Positions 18,820 to 28,560 of a stretch of DNA of 64,000 bases are shown piece after piece; positions within the stretch are counted from its first letter, which is position 1, and each line of letters starts with the position of its first letter. The translations under genes and the position numbers were made by a program. The notes beneath the pieces were generated by a model. The model was not told the origin of the DNA, made no database searches, and saw only the letters and a program-made list of their open reading frames with translations. Where the stretch lies: positions 18,057-82,056 of the forward strand of contig JAFDVZ010000034.1 of NCBI GenBank assembly GCA_018268715.1, read 5' to 3'. This stretch comes from Acidobacteriota bacterium (GTDB lineage: Bacteria > Acidobacteriota > Terriglobia > Bryobacterales > Bryobacteraceae).

Positions 18820-20271
18820 GTGACCCGGCGCACTTTTCTCGCCTCCGGCAGCGCTCCCGCCCTGCTGCGAGCGGCCTCCCGATCGAAGCCCAACCTGTTG
18901 CTGCTGATGGCGGACCAGCATCGCGCCGATTGGATGGGTTGCGACGGTAACCGCGCCATCCACACGCCAAACCTCGACCGCCTGGCGCGCGACGGCGTCC
19001 GGTTCGCGCACGCCTACTCGTCGACGCCCACCTGCACGCCGGCCCGCGCGGCGTTGCTCACCGGGATGTCGCCCTGGCGCCACGGCATGCTGGGCTATGC
19101 CCAGGTGGCGCGATCCTATCCGGTCGAAATGCCGCGCCGGCTCCGCGAAGCCGGCTATTACACCCACGGGATCGGCAAGATGCATTGGACGCCGCAGCGC
19201 AACCTGCACGGTTTCCACTCCACCCTGCTCGACGAAAGCGGACGCGTGGAATCGCCGGACTTCCGTAGCGACTATCGCTCCTGGTTCGCCTCCGAAGCCC
19301 CCAACCTCAACCCCGACGCCACCGGCATCGGATGGAACGACTACACCGCCCGGCCCTATGTGCTGCCGGAACGCCTCCACCCCACCCGCTGGACCGCCGA
19401 CTCCGCCGTTCATTTCCTCGAAGGCTACCAGCGGCCCGAGCCCTTCTTCCTCAAGGTGAGTTTCGCCCGTCCGCACAGCCCCTACGATCCGCCCAACCGC
19501 TGGTGGGAACGTTATGAGAACGCCACCCTCCCGCCGGCCCGCGCGGGCGCCTGGGCCGACCGCTTCTGCACCCGCAGCGGCCCGGCCGACGACATGTGGC
19601 ACGGCGACCCCGGCGACGCGGCCGTCCGTCGGGCTCGCGTCGGCTATTCCGGCTCAGTGTCTTTCGTCGACGAGCAGTTGGGCCGAGTGCTCGAGGCGCT
19701 CGACAAACGAGGCTGGACCAACGACACCCTGATCGTCTATCTCAGCGATCACGGCGACATGACGGGCGACCATTGGCTGTGGCGCAAATCCTACGCCTAC
19801 CAGCCCTCGGCGCGCATCCCGATGCTCGTGCGCGGCCCCGGCGCCCAGGCCGGATCGGTGAACCAGACGCCGGTGGAGATCCGTGACATCCTGCCTACGC
19901 TGCTCACCGCGGCCGGCCTCGCCGTCCCCGAAGCCTGCGATGGCCAGAACCTGCTCACCGCGCGGCGCGAGTGGATCGACCTCGAGCACGACGTCTGCTA
20001 CGACGCGACCAATCACTGGACCGCGCTCACCGACGGCCGCCACAAATACATCTTCCACGCCTACGACGGCGCCGAGCAGCTATTCGACCTCACCGCCGAC
20101 CCGCATGAGTTGAACGACCTTTCCGGGGACTCGGCCCACGCCCCCCTGCTCGGCCGCTGGCGCTCCCGCATGGCGAGCCATCTCGAACCGCGCGGCCCCG
20201 AATGGACCCTCAACGGCCGTCCGCGCCCGCGCCCGAAAAAGATGCCGTTTTCGCCGAACTACCCGGCGTGA
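18820..20271 (+). CDS. Arylsulfatase (formylglycine-dependent sulfatase family), Tat signal
   Basis: From GTG 18820 the Tat-like N-terminus reads MTRRTFLASGSAPALL. LLLMADQHRAD, the C-x-P-x-R motif (CTPARAALLTGM), GKMHW and SDHGDM are present. The track start is TTG 18787. Confidence 0.85.
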   Translation: MTRRTFLASGSAPALLRAASRSKPNLLLLMADQHRADWMGCDGNRAIHTPNLDRLARDGVRFAHAYSSTPTCTPARAALLTGMSPWRHGMLGYAQVARSYPVEMPRRLREAGYYTHGIGKMHWTPQRNLHGFHSTLLDESGRVESPDFRSDYRSWFASEAPNLNPDATGIGWNDYTARPYVLPERLHPTRWTADSAVHFLEGYQRPEPFFLKVSFARPHSPYDPPNRWWERYENATLPPARAGAWADRFCTRSGPADDMWHGDPGDAAVRRARVGYSGSVSFVDEQLGRVLEALDKRGWTNDTLIVYLSDHGDMTGDHWLWRKSYAYQPSARIPMLVRGPGAQAGSVNQTPVEIRDILPTLLTAAGLAVPEACDGQNLLTARREWIDLEHDVCYDATNHWTALTDGRHKYIFHAYDGAEQLFDLTADPHELNDLSGDSAHAPLLGRWRSRMASHLEPRGPEWTLNGRPRPRPKKMPFSPNYPA

Positions 20272-21875
20272 CGGCGCGAGCCGTCGTAGCGCGTCTCCTT
20301 GAGGATCCGCTGCGCCGCGTTGTAGCCGGGCGCGCCCATCACGCCTCCGCCCGGATGCGTGCCGGAGCCGCACATCCACAGGCCTTCCACCGGCGTACGA
20401 TAGCGCGCCCATCCGGCCGCCGGCCGCATCACGAACATCTGGTCCAGGCTCATCTCGCCGTGGAAGATGTTGCCGCCCGTGATGCCGTAGCGCCGCTCCA
20501 TGTCGAGCGGAGTCACCACCATCTTATCCACGATAATGTCGCGGATATTCGGCGCATATTCGGAAATAATGTCGATAACCCGGTTATAGAAAGGCTCCCG
20601 CAGCTCGTCCCACGTTCCCTCGCTCAGCGTGTAGGGCGCGTATTGAAGGAAGACGCCCATGATGTGATGACCGGCCGGCGCGAGCGACGGATCGTACATG
20701 GTCGGCACGGTCATCTCAAGCAGCGGCGAGCGGGAGGGACGTCCGTACTTGGCGTCGTCCCAGGCCCGCTCCACATACTCGATGGAGGGGCAGATGTGCA
20801 TGGTCGCCCCATGCTGCGGTCCCGGAGCGCCCGGCAGGCAGGTGAACTCCGGCAGTCCGCGCAGCGCCAGGTTGATCTTGAGCGACGTGCCCTCGCAACG
20901 GAACTTCCGGATCGCGTTCAGGAACTCGCCGTCCAACTCCCCGGGCTCCAGCATGCCCAGGAACGTGCGCTTGGGATCGCAGTTGCTCACCACCAGCTTC
21001 GCCGCCACCTCTTCGCCGGACTTCAGCACGACGCCGCGCGCCCGCCCACCGCGCACCAGGATCCGCGCCACCTCCGCCTCGGTGCGGATCGTCGCCCCAG
21101 CCGCGCGCGCCGAATCCGCGATGGCGTTGGACACCGCGCCCATGCCGCCCCGCACGAAGCCCCATAGTCCGCGATGTCCGCCCACCCCGCCCATGCAATG
21201 ATGCAGAAGGATATAGGCGGTGCCGGCCGAACGCGGACCGCCGTTCGCGCCGATCACCCCGTCGGTGGCGAGCGTCACCTTCAGTTCCGGCGATTCGAAC
21301 CAGTCGTCCAGAAAATCGGCCGCGCTTTGTGTAAATATCTTGATTAATCCCGTTAATTCCCGGGCGGTTAATCCACGCAGGCGGCCCGCCAGTTTCAGGT
21401 ACTCAATCAGCGCGCCGGCGCCGGAGGGAGGGAACGGGGGCGGCGGCGTCAGCAGCAGACCCTCGACGATTTGCGACAGCCGCTCCAGGTGTTCTTCGTA
21501 GGCGGGATAACGTTCGGCGTCGCGTGAAGAAAATTTCGCCACCTCCGCGAGAGTCCGGGCCCTGTCCTGCCACATGAACATGTAGCGCCCATCCGGAAAC
21601 GGAGAGAAGAAAGCCGGGTCCTTCGGATCCACCGAATACCCGTACTTGTGGAGGTCGAGTTCGCGAATGACGCGCTCTTGCATGAGGCTGGCAAGATACG
21701 CAGCGGTTGAAACACGGAAGCCTGGCCAGACCTCCTCGGTCACCGCACAGCCGCCCACCATCTCCCGGCCCTCGAGCACCAGGGTCTTGCGCCCCGCGCG
21801 CGCCAGGTACGCCGCCGCGACAAGGCCGTTGTGCCCGCCGCCCACGACGACTACGTCATATTCGACCGCCACCAT
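20259..21875 (-). CDS. FAD-dependent oxidoreductase, phytoene desaturase (CrtI)-like family
   Basis: 538 aa. Rossmann motif DVVVVGGGHNGLVAAAYLARAG..VLE and C-terminal GLWMCGSGTHPGGGVMGAPG. Confidence 0.85.
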   Translation of the reverse strand: MVAVEYDVVVVGGGHNGLVAAAYLARAGRKTLVLEGREMVGGCAVTEEVWPGFRVSTAAYLASLMQERVIRELDLHKYGYSVDPKDPAFFSPFPDGRYMFMWQDRARTLAEVAKFSSRDAERYPAYEEHLERLSQIVEGLLLTPPPPFPPSGAGALIEYLKLAGRLRGLTARELTGLIKIFTQSAADFLDDWFESPELKVTLATDGVIGANGGPRSAGTAYILLHHCMGGVGGHRGLWGFVRGGMGAVSNAIADSARAAGATIRTEAEVARILVRGGRARGVVLKSGEEVAAKLVVSNCDPKRTFLGMLEPGELDGEFLNAIRKFRCEGTSLKINLALRGLPEFTCLPGAPGPQHGATMHICPSIEYVERAWDDAKYGRPSRSPLLEMTVPTMYDPSLAPAGHHIMGVFLQYAPYTLSEGTWDELREPFYNRVIDIISEYAPNIRDIIVDKMVVTPLDMERRYGITGGNIFHGEMSLDQMFVMRPAAGWARYRTPVEGLWMCGSGTHPGGGVMGAPGYNAAQRILKETRYDGSRRHAG

Positions 21876-22213
21876 ATCCTCCTCGAACTGCGTTTTGAGA
21901 TGCTACCATTCTGCTACGAACTGGAGACGGGCGCCTGGGGGTCTCCCCCTGGACGGAATAAGCACAAATAGCCATAAAATATCCGTGTAATTTGAGATAC
22001 TATGTTAGACTGTAGGGTAAATTTCTTACTGTAGCCGTGATCATTAGATACCAGCCACTCGGCCGGTACAGCCGGAGGTCTATCCGGCTGGATCGAGATC
22101 GTCCGATGCTGACGGTCCGCGATCTGAATTCCGCGGGCAATCGCCGCGGCGCGCGAACCGCGCCCGCCCAGGCCGGTCTCCATGGCGCTCCAATCCCTCA
22201 TCTCCGGAAACCA

Positions 22214-22519
22214 ATGGGGCAATTCTCCTTAAAATTATTTATTGCCGGACAGACGGCGCGTTCCGAGCACGCCGTCGCACAGGCGCGCCGCCTCAGTGAA
22301 TCGAAGCTCGCGGGAAAATGCGTGCTCGAAATCATCGATGTCGTCGAACGTCCCGACATCGCCGAACAGGAACGCATCCTGGCCACTCCGATGCTGGTCA
22401 AGGCGCACCCGCTCCCCATGCGCCGCATTATCGGCGACCTGACGCGCATGGAGGACGTGCTGTTCGGCCTTGGATTGTTGGCCGACATGGGAGTCCTCGA
22501 GCCCGGAGGGAGCGCGTGA
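22214..22519 (+). CDS. kaiB: KaiB-like protein (thioredoxin-like fold)
   Basis: 101 aa from the ATG at 22214. LKLFIAGQTARSEHAV..IIDVVERPDIAEQERILATPMLVKAHPLPMRRIIGDLTRMEDVLFGLGL aligns along its full length with cyanobacterial KaiB (ILATPTL.K.LP.PVRRIIGDLS..EKVLIGL). The upstream part of track ORF 22037-22519 is unlikely to be coding. Confidence 0.85.
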   Translation: MGQFSLKLFIAGQTARSEHAVAQARRLSESKLAGKCVLEIIDVVERPDIAEQERILATPMLVKAHPLPMRRIIGDLTRMEDVLFGLGLLADMGVLEPGGSA

Positions 22520-22568
22520 CGGGGCCCGTCGTGGCGTTCGCCGCCTGTCGAACTGAATCTGATTTGCC

Positions 22569-24458
22569 GTGAACGACCTGCAGAACGGGTTTGCCGTCGA
22601 ACGTCTACGACGGGAACTGGATGCCAGCGAGCGGCGCCTCCGCAGCATCATCAACCACAATCCCGATAGTATTCTCGTGCTCGACCAGGAGGGTGTTGTC
22701 CTGTTCGCCAACCCGGCCGCGGACGCCCTGTTCGGCTGGGGCGGCCGCCTTCAGGGTCACGTCTTCGGCTTCCCCACGGTCGCCGGAGAGACCACCGAAA
22801 TCGACATCGCCGCCCACGGCCGCAACGCGCGGCAGGTGGAGATGCGCGTCTCCGCCACGGAGTGGGACGGCCGGTCCGCCATGATGGCGACCCTGCGCGA
22901 CATCACCGACCGCAAGGCCTCCGAGCGCGCCCTTCGCGACAGCGAATTCCGCTACCGCCAGGCTTTCGACCAGGCGCTGACGGCGAACTACATCTCCGAC
23001 CCCGCCGGCGGCTTGCTCGCCTCCAACGCCACCTTCCTCCGCATCTTCGGCTTCGAGTCCGAACAGGAGGCGTGCGAAGCGGGCGTTCCCGCCCTGTTCG
23101 GCAACCCGGCCAAGCACGCCGAAATCGTCGAAGCGGTGCGCAGGCACAGGGCCCTGCGCGGCGTGGAAATCGAGATGACCCACCACAACGGCGCCATCGT
23201 CCACGTCATCGGCAACGTCTTCGGGTCCTTCGACGCCAATGGGAATCTGGAGGCGCTCACCGCCTTCCTGCTCGACGTCAGCGAGTGGAGAAGCCTCGAA
23301 GCCCAACTCCGCCACGCTCAGAAAATGGAGGCCATCGGCCGCCTGGCCGGCGGTCTGGCGCACGACTTCAACAATCTGCTCACCGTCGTCACCGGCTACG
23401 GTTCCCTGCTGCTGAACCGGCTGCCGGCGACCGACCGTCTGCGCCAGTGCGCCGTCGAAATCGTGGACGCCGCGGACCGGGCCGCCGCGCTCACCAGCCG
23501 CCTGCTCACCTTCGGCCGCCGGCAGTTCACCCAGCCGGCCCTGTTCCGCCTGGACGAACTGCTCGACAGTATCGCTCCGCTGCTTCGCTCGGCCGCCGGC
23601 GACGACATCGAACTGCGCCTCAGCGCCACTGGCGGAGGCGTCATCTTCGCCGATCGCAGCCAGATCGAACAGGTCATCATGAACCTGGTGGTGAACGCCC
23701 GCGACGCCATGCCCGATGGCGGCGTCATGACGGTGCGCAGCCTGCTGCAAGGCGAGGCCGATCTGCCGGTCGGTCTCGGCCCGGGCTCCAGGGTGCTGCT
23801 GGAGGTTTCAGACACCGGCCATGGCATGACGCCCGAAGTCCGCAGCCGGTTGTTCGAGCCGTTCTTCACCACCAAGAGCCAGGGCAAAGGCACCGGACTC
23901 GGCCTTTCCATCGTCTACGGCATCGTCAAACGAGCCGGCGGCGAGGTGCTGGTGGAAAGCCAGCCCGAACAGGGCGCGGTGTTCCGCGTGTACTTCCCCG
24001 AAGTGCAGGGCGAACCCGCGGTTCCCGCCCCCGTCGCGGAGCCGGCGCTACCCCGGCGCGGCACGGAGACGATCCTGCTGATCGACGACGACCCGAACCT
24101 CCGCCGGCTGGCCGTGTCCGTGCTTCACGACGCCGGCTACCGCGTGCTCGAAGCCACCGACGCCCTGCACGCCATTCGCATCGCCGAGGAGACGCCCATC
24201 GACCTGCTGCTCACCGATGTGCTGATGCCCGGCATGAACGGGCGCAACCTGGCGGCGAAGGTCCTGGGGATGCGCCCCAACTCGCGGGTGCTCTACATCT
24301 CCGGATTCAACGAGGACGCCACGCTGCTGCAAGGCGTCTATGAGCCCGGCGCCTCCTTCCTGCGCAAGCCGTTCACTCCGGCCCAATTGGAGCGGAACGT
24401 TCGCGAAATCCTCGACCGGCCGCACGGAGTGGCCGCCGCGGCCGCCACCGGAGCCTGA
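22569..24458 (+). CDS. PAS-domain hybrid sensor histidine kinase / response regulator
   Basis: 629 aa with a GTG start. Two PAS-like regions, H-box LAGGLAHDFNNLLTVV, HATPase (NLVVNARDAM, GTGLGLSIVYG) and a C-terminal REC (ILLIDDDPNL..LLLTDVLMPGMNG). Confidence 0.9.
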   Translation: MNDLQNGFAVERLRRELDASERRLRSIINHNPDSILVLDQEGVVLFANPAADALFGWGGRLQGHVFGFPTVAGETTEIDIAAHGRNARQVEMRVSATEWDGRSAMMATLRDITDRKASERALRDSEFRYRQAFDQALTANYISDPAGGLLASNATFLRIFGFESEQEACEAGVPALFGNPAKHAEIVEAVRRHRALRGVEIEMTHHNGAIVHVIGNVFGSFDANGNLEALTAFLLDVSEWRSLEAQLRHAQKMEAIGRLAGGLAHDFNNLLTVVTGYGSLLLNRLPATDRLRQCAVEIVDAADRAAALTSRLLTFGRRQFTQPALFRLDELLDSIAPLLRSAAGDDIELRLSATGGGVIFADRSQIEQVIMNLVVNARDAMPDGGVMTVRSLLQGEADLPVGLGPGSRVLLEVSDTGHGMTPEVRSRLFEPFFTTKSQGKGTGLGLSIVYGIVKRAGGEVLVESQPEQGAVFRVYFPEVQGEPAVPAPVAEPALPRRGTETILLIDDDPNLRRLAVSVLHDAGYRVLEATDALHAIRIAEETPIDLLLTDVLMPGMNGRNLAAKVLGMRPNSRVLYISGFNEDATLLQGVYEPGASFLRKPFTPAQLERNVREILDRPHGVAAAAATGA

Positions 24459-24464
24459 CGCCCA

Positions 24465-25130
24465 GTGCGGGAAACGAGCGTCGGCGCCCCGGTATGCGAA
24501 ACTGGAATCGTGCCGGAGAGTTGTACGTGTGGAGCCGTGCTGCCGCCCGATGCGCGGTTCTGTCATAAGTGCGGCAAGCCCCAGTTCGAATCGACGCAGC
24601 CCGAGCCCGAAGAAGCCCCGCTTGAACCCGTGCGGGCCGAAACGGTCGCGGCCCCCCTGCCGGCGGACGTCTCCTTCGGCAATCCGCACGCCGTCCGAAT
24701 CGGCCTGCTGGTGGCGTTTCTCAGCTTCTTCACATCGGTTCTGGCAAGTCCGGTCGCGCTGTTGCCGATCGTGTGCCTGCTGGGCGCCGGGTTCCTGTCG
24801 GTCTATCTCTATCGCCGCCGAACCGGCCAGCGGCTTTCCCCCCGGGGCGGCGCTCGCATGGGGTGGATGACCGGCCTGTTCGCCTTCATCATGCTGCTGG
24901 TGGTGTTCACCGCCGCCGTGCTGGCCATCTCGGATCCCGAAATGTGCAGCCGGCTGGTGGAGGAGATGCGAGCGCGCGGCGCGGGCGCGAACGCCGAGGC
25001 GGTGGTGGAGGCGTTCCGCAGTCCCTCCGGAGTGTTTCAGGTGGTGGTGATGTTCTTCGTCATCTTCACGCTGTTTCCCGCCCTGGGCGGATTGCTCGGC
25101 GCAAAGCTGCTCGACCGTTCCCGCGGCTAA
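24465..25130 (+). CDS. Zinc-ribbon membrane protein (hypothetical)
   Basis: 221 aa. N-terminal CTCG-x10-CHKCG zinc-ribbon-like motif followed by about four hydrophobic helices. Begins 6 nt after the kinase stop. Start codon is uncertain. Confidence 0.55.
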   Translation: MRETSVGAPVCETGIVPESCTCGAVLPPDARFCHKCGKPQFESTQPEPEEAPLEPVRAETVAAPLPADVSFGNPHAVRIGLLVAFLSFFTSVLASPVALLPIVCLLGAGFLSVYLYRRRTGQRLSPRGGARMGWMTGLFAFIMLLVVFTAAVLAISDPEMCSRLVEEMRARGAGANAEAVVEAFRSPSGVFQVVVMFFVIFTLFPALGGLLGAKLLDRSRG

Positions 25131-26035
25131 CTCCGCCGGGGGGACAGCCCGCCGTGTCCGTAGCGCTTGACGATGGCCACTCCCACGAAGATCACCATCA
25201 TCCCCATCGCCTCCCGCATTCCGAACGGCTCCCGGTAAAACAGCCACCCCAAAGACACCGCCACCACGGGATTGATGTAGGTGTAGATGGATGTCACCGC
25301 CACCGGCAGATTGCTCAGTGCGTAGCTATAGGCGCTGAAGCCCACGATGGTGCCGAACACCACCAGGTACAGCACCGCGCCCACACCCTTGGCCGACCAG
25401 TGGATCGCCGGCCCCTTCATCGCCAGCGCGGGAATCATGAACACAATCCCGGTGGCCAACTGTTGCACCGCGCCGTTCACCACCGGATGCGTGTCGAGCC
25501 CCATCCGCCGTTGCAGGATCGATCCGGCCGACCAGCCGGCGCAGGCCACCTGGAGCACCAGGAATCCCGCCGTCACGGCCGCCGCCGAGCCTCCCGTCAG
25601 CCCCCCTTGCGCCGCCAGCAGGCCCACGCCCAGGAACCCGACGCACATGCCGGCAATCGTCGGCGCGTGCAGCCGTTCGCCATCCGGAGCAAGCGCCTCG
25701 AAGCCCACCATCCAGAAGGGCTGCGTGGTGATGAATAGCGCCGCCAGCCCGCTGGGTATCCACTGCTCGGCCGCCACCAGGCCCCCGTTGCCCACGCCCA
25801 GGATCAGCAGGCCGTTGCCGGCGGTCCGCCACAGGTTCTTGCCGGTGGGCAGGCGGACGCCCATCGCCAACGACGCTCCCACCATTAGCACGCCGGAGAT
25901 GAGGTAGCGCGCCGCCACCAGCGTTTGGGGCGGGAACGATTCGAGCGCCATGCGGATCGCCAGGTACGTCGTACCCCAGAACAGGCACACCGCCCCCAGC
26001 GCGCCGTAGGCTTTCCACTGAGGATGATCTCGCAA
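25127..26035 (-). CDS. EamA/DMT-family transporter
   Basis: 302 aa with ten predicted TM helices in two EamA-like halves (WGTTYLAIR..; GTIVGFSAYSYALSNLP). Confidence 0.85.
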   Translation of the reverse strand: MRDHPQWKAYGALGAVCLFWGTTYLAIRMALESFPPQTLVAARYLISGVLMVGASLAMGVRLPTGKNLWRTAGNGLLILGVGNGGLVAAEQWIPSGLAALFITTQPFWMVGFEALAPDGERLHAPTIAGMCVGFLGVGLLAAQGGLTGGSAAAVTAGFLVLQVACAGWSAGSILQRRMGLDTHPVVNGAVQQLATGIVFMIPALAMKGPAIHWSAKGVGAVLYLVVFGTIVGFSAYSYALSNLPVAVTSIYTYINPVVAVSLGWLFYREPFGMREAMGMMVIFVGVAIVKRYGHGGLSPRRS

Positions 26036-26063
26036 TACTGAAGCGTAACATTACAATGGATGT

Positions 26064-26993
26064 TTGATTCTCACGCTCACGATCAACCCCGCCGTCGACC
26101 GGACGGTCCTCGTCGATCATCTTGTTTTTGAGGATCGTGGCTACATCCTCTCGCGTTCGGAAGCCGCCGGCGGCCGCGGCATCAACGCCTCGCGCGTGCT
26201 GCACTCGTTTGGGGCCAAGACGGCCGCCATCCTCACCTCGGGCGGCGGAACCGGCGAGAAGATGGAGGAACTGCTGCGGGGCGACGGCTTCCCGGTCCAC
26301 GTCGTCAAGATCCGCGGGGAGAGCCGCACCAACCTCACCATTTCCGACAAGCAGGGCCTCACGGTCAAGCTGAATGAACTCGGTCCATCCATCGACTCCG
26401 GTGAGATCGACGCGCTTACCGCGATGGTCGAAGCCCGCATCCGCAAAGCCACCTGGCTGATGATCTGCGGAAGTCTGCCGCCCGGAGTCCCGGCGCACAT
26501 TTATCGCGACCTGATCCGGTTGGCCCGCAAGAACGACGTCAAGACGCTGCTCGACGCCGACGGAGATGCGTTGCTGCACGGCATCGAGGGGGGCCCCACC
26601 GTCGTGACGCCCAATCAGCCCGAGGCCGAGCGCCTGTTGAACCGGGCCCTGTTGACGCGGAACCAGTTTCTGGAGGCCGTTCAGCGCATTAAGGCGATGG
26701 GGCCGGAGAGCGTGATACTCTCACTCGGCAGCCGCGGCGTAGTGGCTACCGACGGAACGGAGATGATCGAGGCGCTGCCGCCTCGTATCGACGCCCTGTG
26801 CCCGCTGGGGGCGGGCGACGCGCTGGCGGCGGCGTTCACCTGGTCGATGTCAAGGAAGCGTCCGTTCGCCGACGCGGTCCGCTGGGGGGTCGCCGCAGGC
26901 ACCGCCAGCGCCGCCATGCCCGGCATGACCTTCGCCGACCTCGCCAAGACCAAGGAAACGTATCGCCACGTCACCGTGCGCCCCGCCCACTAG
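26064..26993 (+). CDS. 1-phosphofructokinase-family hexose kinase (PfkB family)
   Basis: 309 aa. N-terminus ILTLTINPAVDRT, GGRGINASRVL, and C-terminal PLGAGDALAAAF (the PfkB signature region). TTG start. Confidence 0.85.
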   Translation: MILTLTINPAVDRTVLVDHLVFEDRGYILSRSEAAGGRGINASRVLHSFGAKTAAILTSGGGTGEKMEELLRGDGFPVHVVKIRGESRTNLTISDKQGLTVKLNELGPSIDSGEIDALTAMVEARIRKATWLMICGSLPPGVPAHIYRDLIRLARKNDVKTLLDADGDALLHGIEGGPTVVTPNQPEAERLLNRALLTRNQFLEAVQRIKAMGPESVILSLGSRGVVATDGTEMIEALPPRIDALCPLGAGDALAAAFTWSMSRKRPFADAVRWGVAAGTASAAMPGMTFADLAKTKETYRHVTVRPAH

Positions 26994-27040
26994 CGCCGGT
27001 CCGCTAGACTGGTCTCCATCCCCATCTGGTTCCTCAAGAC

Positions 27041-28405
27041 TTGGCTGACACATTGACCAACCATCCACAAGACTCCGCCGGCGGGCACGGCCTGGTTCGC
27101 GGCTTCGGAACGCTGGAGGCCACCGCCCTGAACATGAGCAACATGGTCGGCGTGGGACCCTTCATCACCATCCCGCTGATCATCGGCTCCATGGGCGGCC
27201 CGCAGTGCATGCTGGGCTGGCTGTTGGGCGCGATCCTGGCCTTGTGCGACGGCCTGGTGTGGAGCGAACTTGCCGCCGCCATGCCCGGCGTCGGCGGCAC
27301 GTACCTGTACCTGCAAACAGCCTTCGAGAAGACTCGGCTGGCCGCGCTGCTGCCCTTTCTGTTCATCTGGCAATTCATCCTTAGCGGGCCGCTCGAGATC
27401 GCCTCCGGCTACATCGGCTTCGCGCAATACCTGAAGTACTTCTGGCGCGAGATGGGCCCCATGGAGACGCGTCTGGTGACCTCGGCGGTGGGGGCGCTGG
27501 TGGTGGTGGCGCTGTACCGCAAGGTGACCGATGTGAGCCGCCTGACCGTGGTCCTGTGGGTCGGCATGCTGATCACGGTGGTGTTCAGCATCGCGAGCGG
27601 CCTGACGCACTTCCACCCCGAAATCGCTTTCGATTTCCCGCCCGGCGCCTTCACCTTTTCGACAGGGTTCCTGGCTGGTCTCGGCTCCGCGATGTTGATC
27701 GCGATGTACGACTTCATGGGGTACTACGACATCTGCTACGTCGGCGACGAGGTGCGCAGCCCGGCCCGGACCATCCCGCGGTCGATCATCTTTTCGGTGC
27801 TTGCGGTGGCGGGCATCTACTCGTTGATGAACGTCAGCATCATCGGCGTGGTGCCGTGGCGGGAGGCGATGCAATCGAAGTTCATCGGCGCGGAGTTCAT
27901 CGAACGGCTGTACGGCGCCAAGGCCGCGGCGGTGGTGACGATCCTGATCCTGTGGACGGCGTTCGCGTCGGTGTTCGCATTGCTGCTGGGCTACAGCCGG
28001 ATCCCCTACGCGGCGGCGGTGAAGGGGCATTTTTTCAAGCCCTTCGCGAAGTTGCACCCGACGGGCAATTTTCCTCACATTTCGCTGCTGGTGATGGGCG
28101 CCTTTTCGATTGTGGCGTCGTTCTGGAGCCTGGACACGGTGATCTCGGCGTTGTTGACCTCGCGCGTGCTGGTGCAATTTGTCGCGCAGATCGCGGCGCT
28201 TCATTACATTCGGAAGCACCGGCGGGAGATCGCGTTACCGTTCCGGATGTGGCTGTATCCGGCCCCGGCGATCATCGCGCTGGTGGGCTGGATCTATGTG
28301 TTTTCGACTTCCGGCTGGGTCTTCGTGGGCTTCGGAGTACTGACGTTGGCGGTGGGCGTGGCGGCGCACATCATCTGGCGCAAGCTGTCGCCAGAGACGG
28401 CGTAG
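27041..28405 (+). CDS. APC-superfamily amino-acid permease
   Basis: 454 aa, about 12 TM helices, N-terminal GTLEATALNMSNMVGVGPFITIPL typical of APC transporters. TTG start. Confidence 0.85.
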   Translation: MADTLTNHPQDSAGGHGLVRGFGTLEATALNMSNMVGVGPFITIPLIIGSMGGPQCMLGWLLGAILALCDGLVWSELAAAMPGVGGTYLYLQTAFEKTRLAALLPFLFIWQFILSGPLEIASGYIGFAQYLKYFWREMGPMETRLVTSAVGALVVVALYRKVTDVSRLTVVLWVGMLITVVFSIASGLTHFHPEIAFDFPPGAFTFSTGFLAGLGSAMLIAMYDFMGYYDICYVGDEVRSPARTIPRSIIFSVLAVAGIYSLMNVSIIGVVPWREAMQSKFIGAEFIERLYGAKAAAVVTILILWTAFASVFALLLGYSRIPYAAAVKGHFFKPFAKLHPTGNFPHISLLVMGAFSIVASFWSLDTVISALLTSRVLVQFVAQIAALHYIRKHRREIALPFRMWLYPAPAIIALVGWIYVFSTSGWVFVGFGVLTLAVGVAAHIIWRKLSPETA

Positions 28406-28412
28406 TCAGGAG

Positions 28413-28501
28413 TGGTGCCCGGGGCGGGACTTGAACCCGCACTCCGCTTGCGCGAAAACGGATTTTAAGTCCGTTGCGTCTGCCGATTTCGCCACCCGGG
28501 C
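28413..28501 (-). tRNA. tRNA-Leu (anticodon UAA), CCA encoded
   Basis: Minus-strand sequence GCCCGGGTGGCGAAATCGGCAGACGCAACGGACTTAAAATCCGTTTTCGCGCAAGCGGAGTGCGGGTTCAAGTCCCGCCCCGGGCACCA. It has a 7-bp acceptor stem, anticodon stem ACGGA/TCCGT with loop CTTAAAA, a long variable arm (type II tRNA) and T-arm GCGGG-TTCAAGT-CCCGC. Confidence 0.88.
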
Positions 28502-28560
28502 AAAACTCTATTATCGTACGAAGCCCGCGCGTCGCAACGCCATGGTTTCAGACGCCGGCC

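Noticed and set aside
22037-22213. 59-codon upstream extension of the KaiB ORF
   Set aside because: Full-length KaiB homology starts at the ATG at 22214 (MGQFSLKLFIAG). The extension is Arg-rich and has no homology.
28413-28501. tRNA-Leu as the attachment site of a genomic island containing the 31-43 kb accessory genes
   Set aside because: The tRNA 3' end points toward lower coordinates (the permease/kinase side), not toward the accessory stretch. There is no integrase in the window, and I found no direct repeat of the tRNA 3' end.
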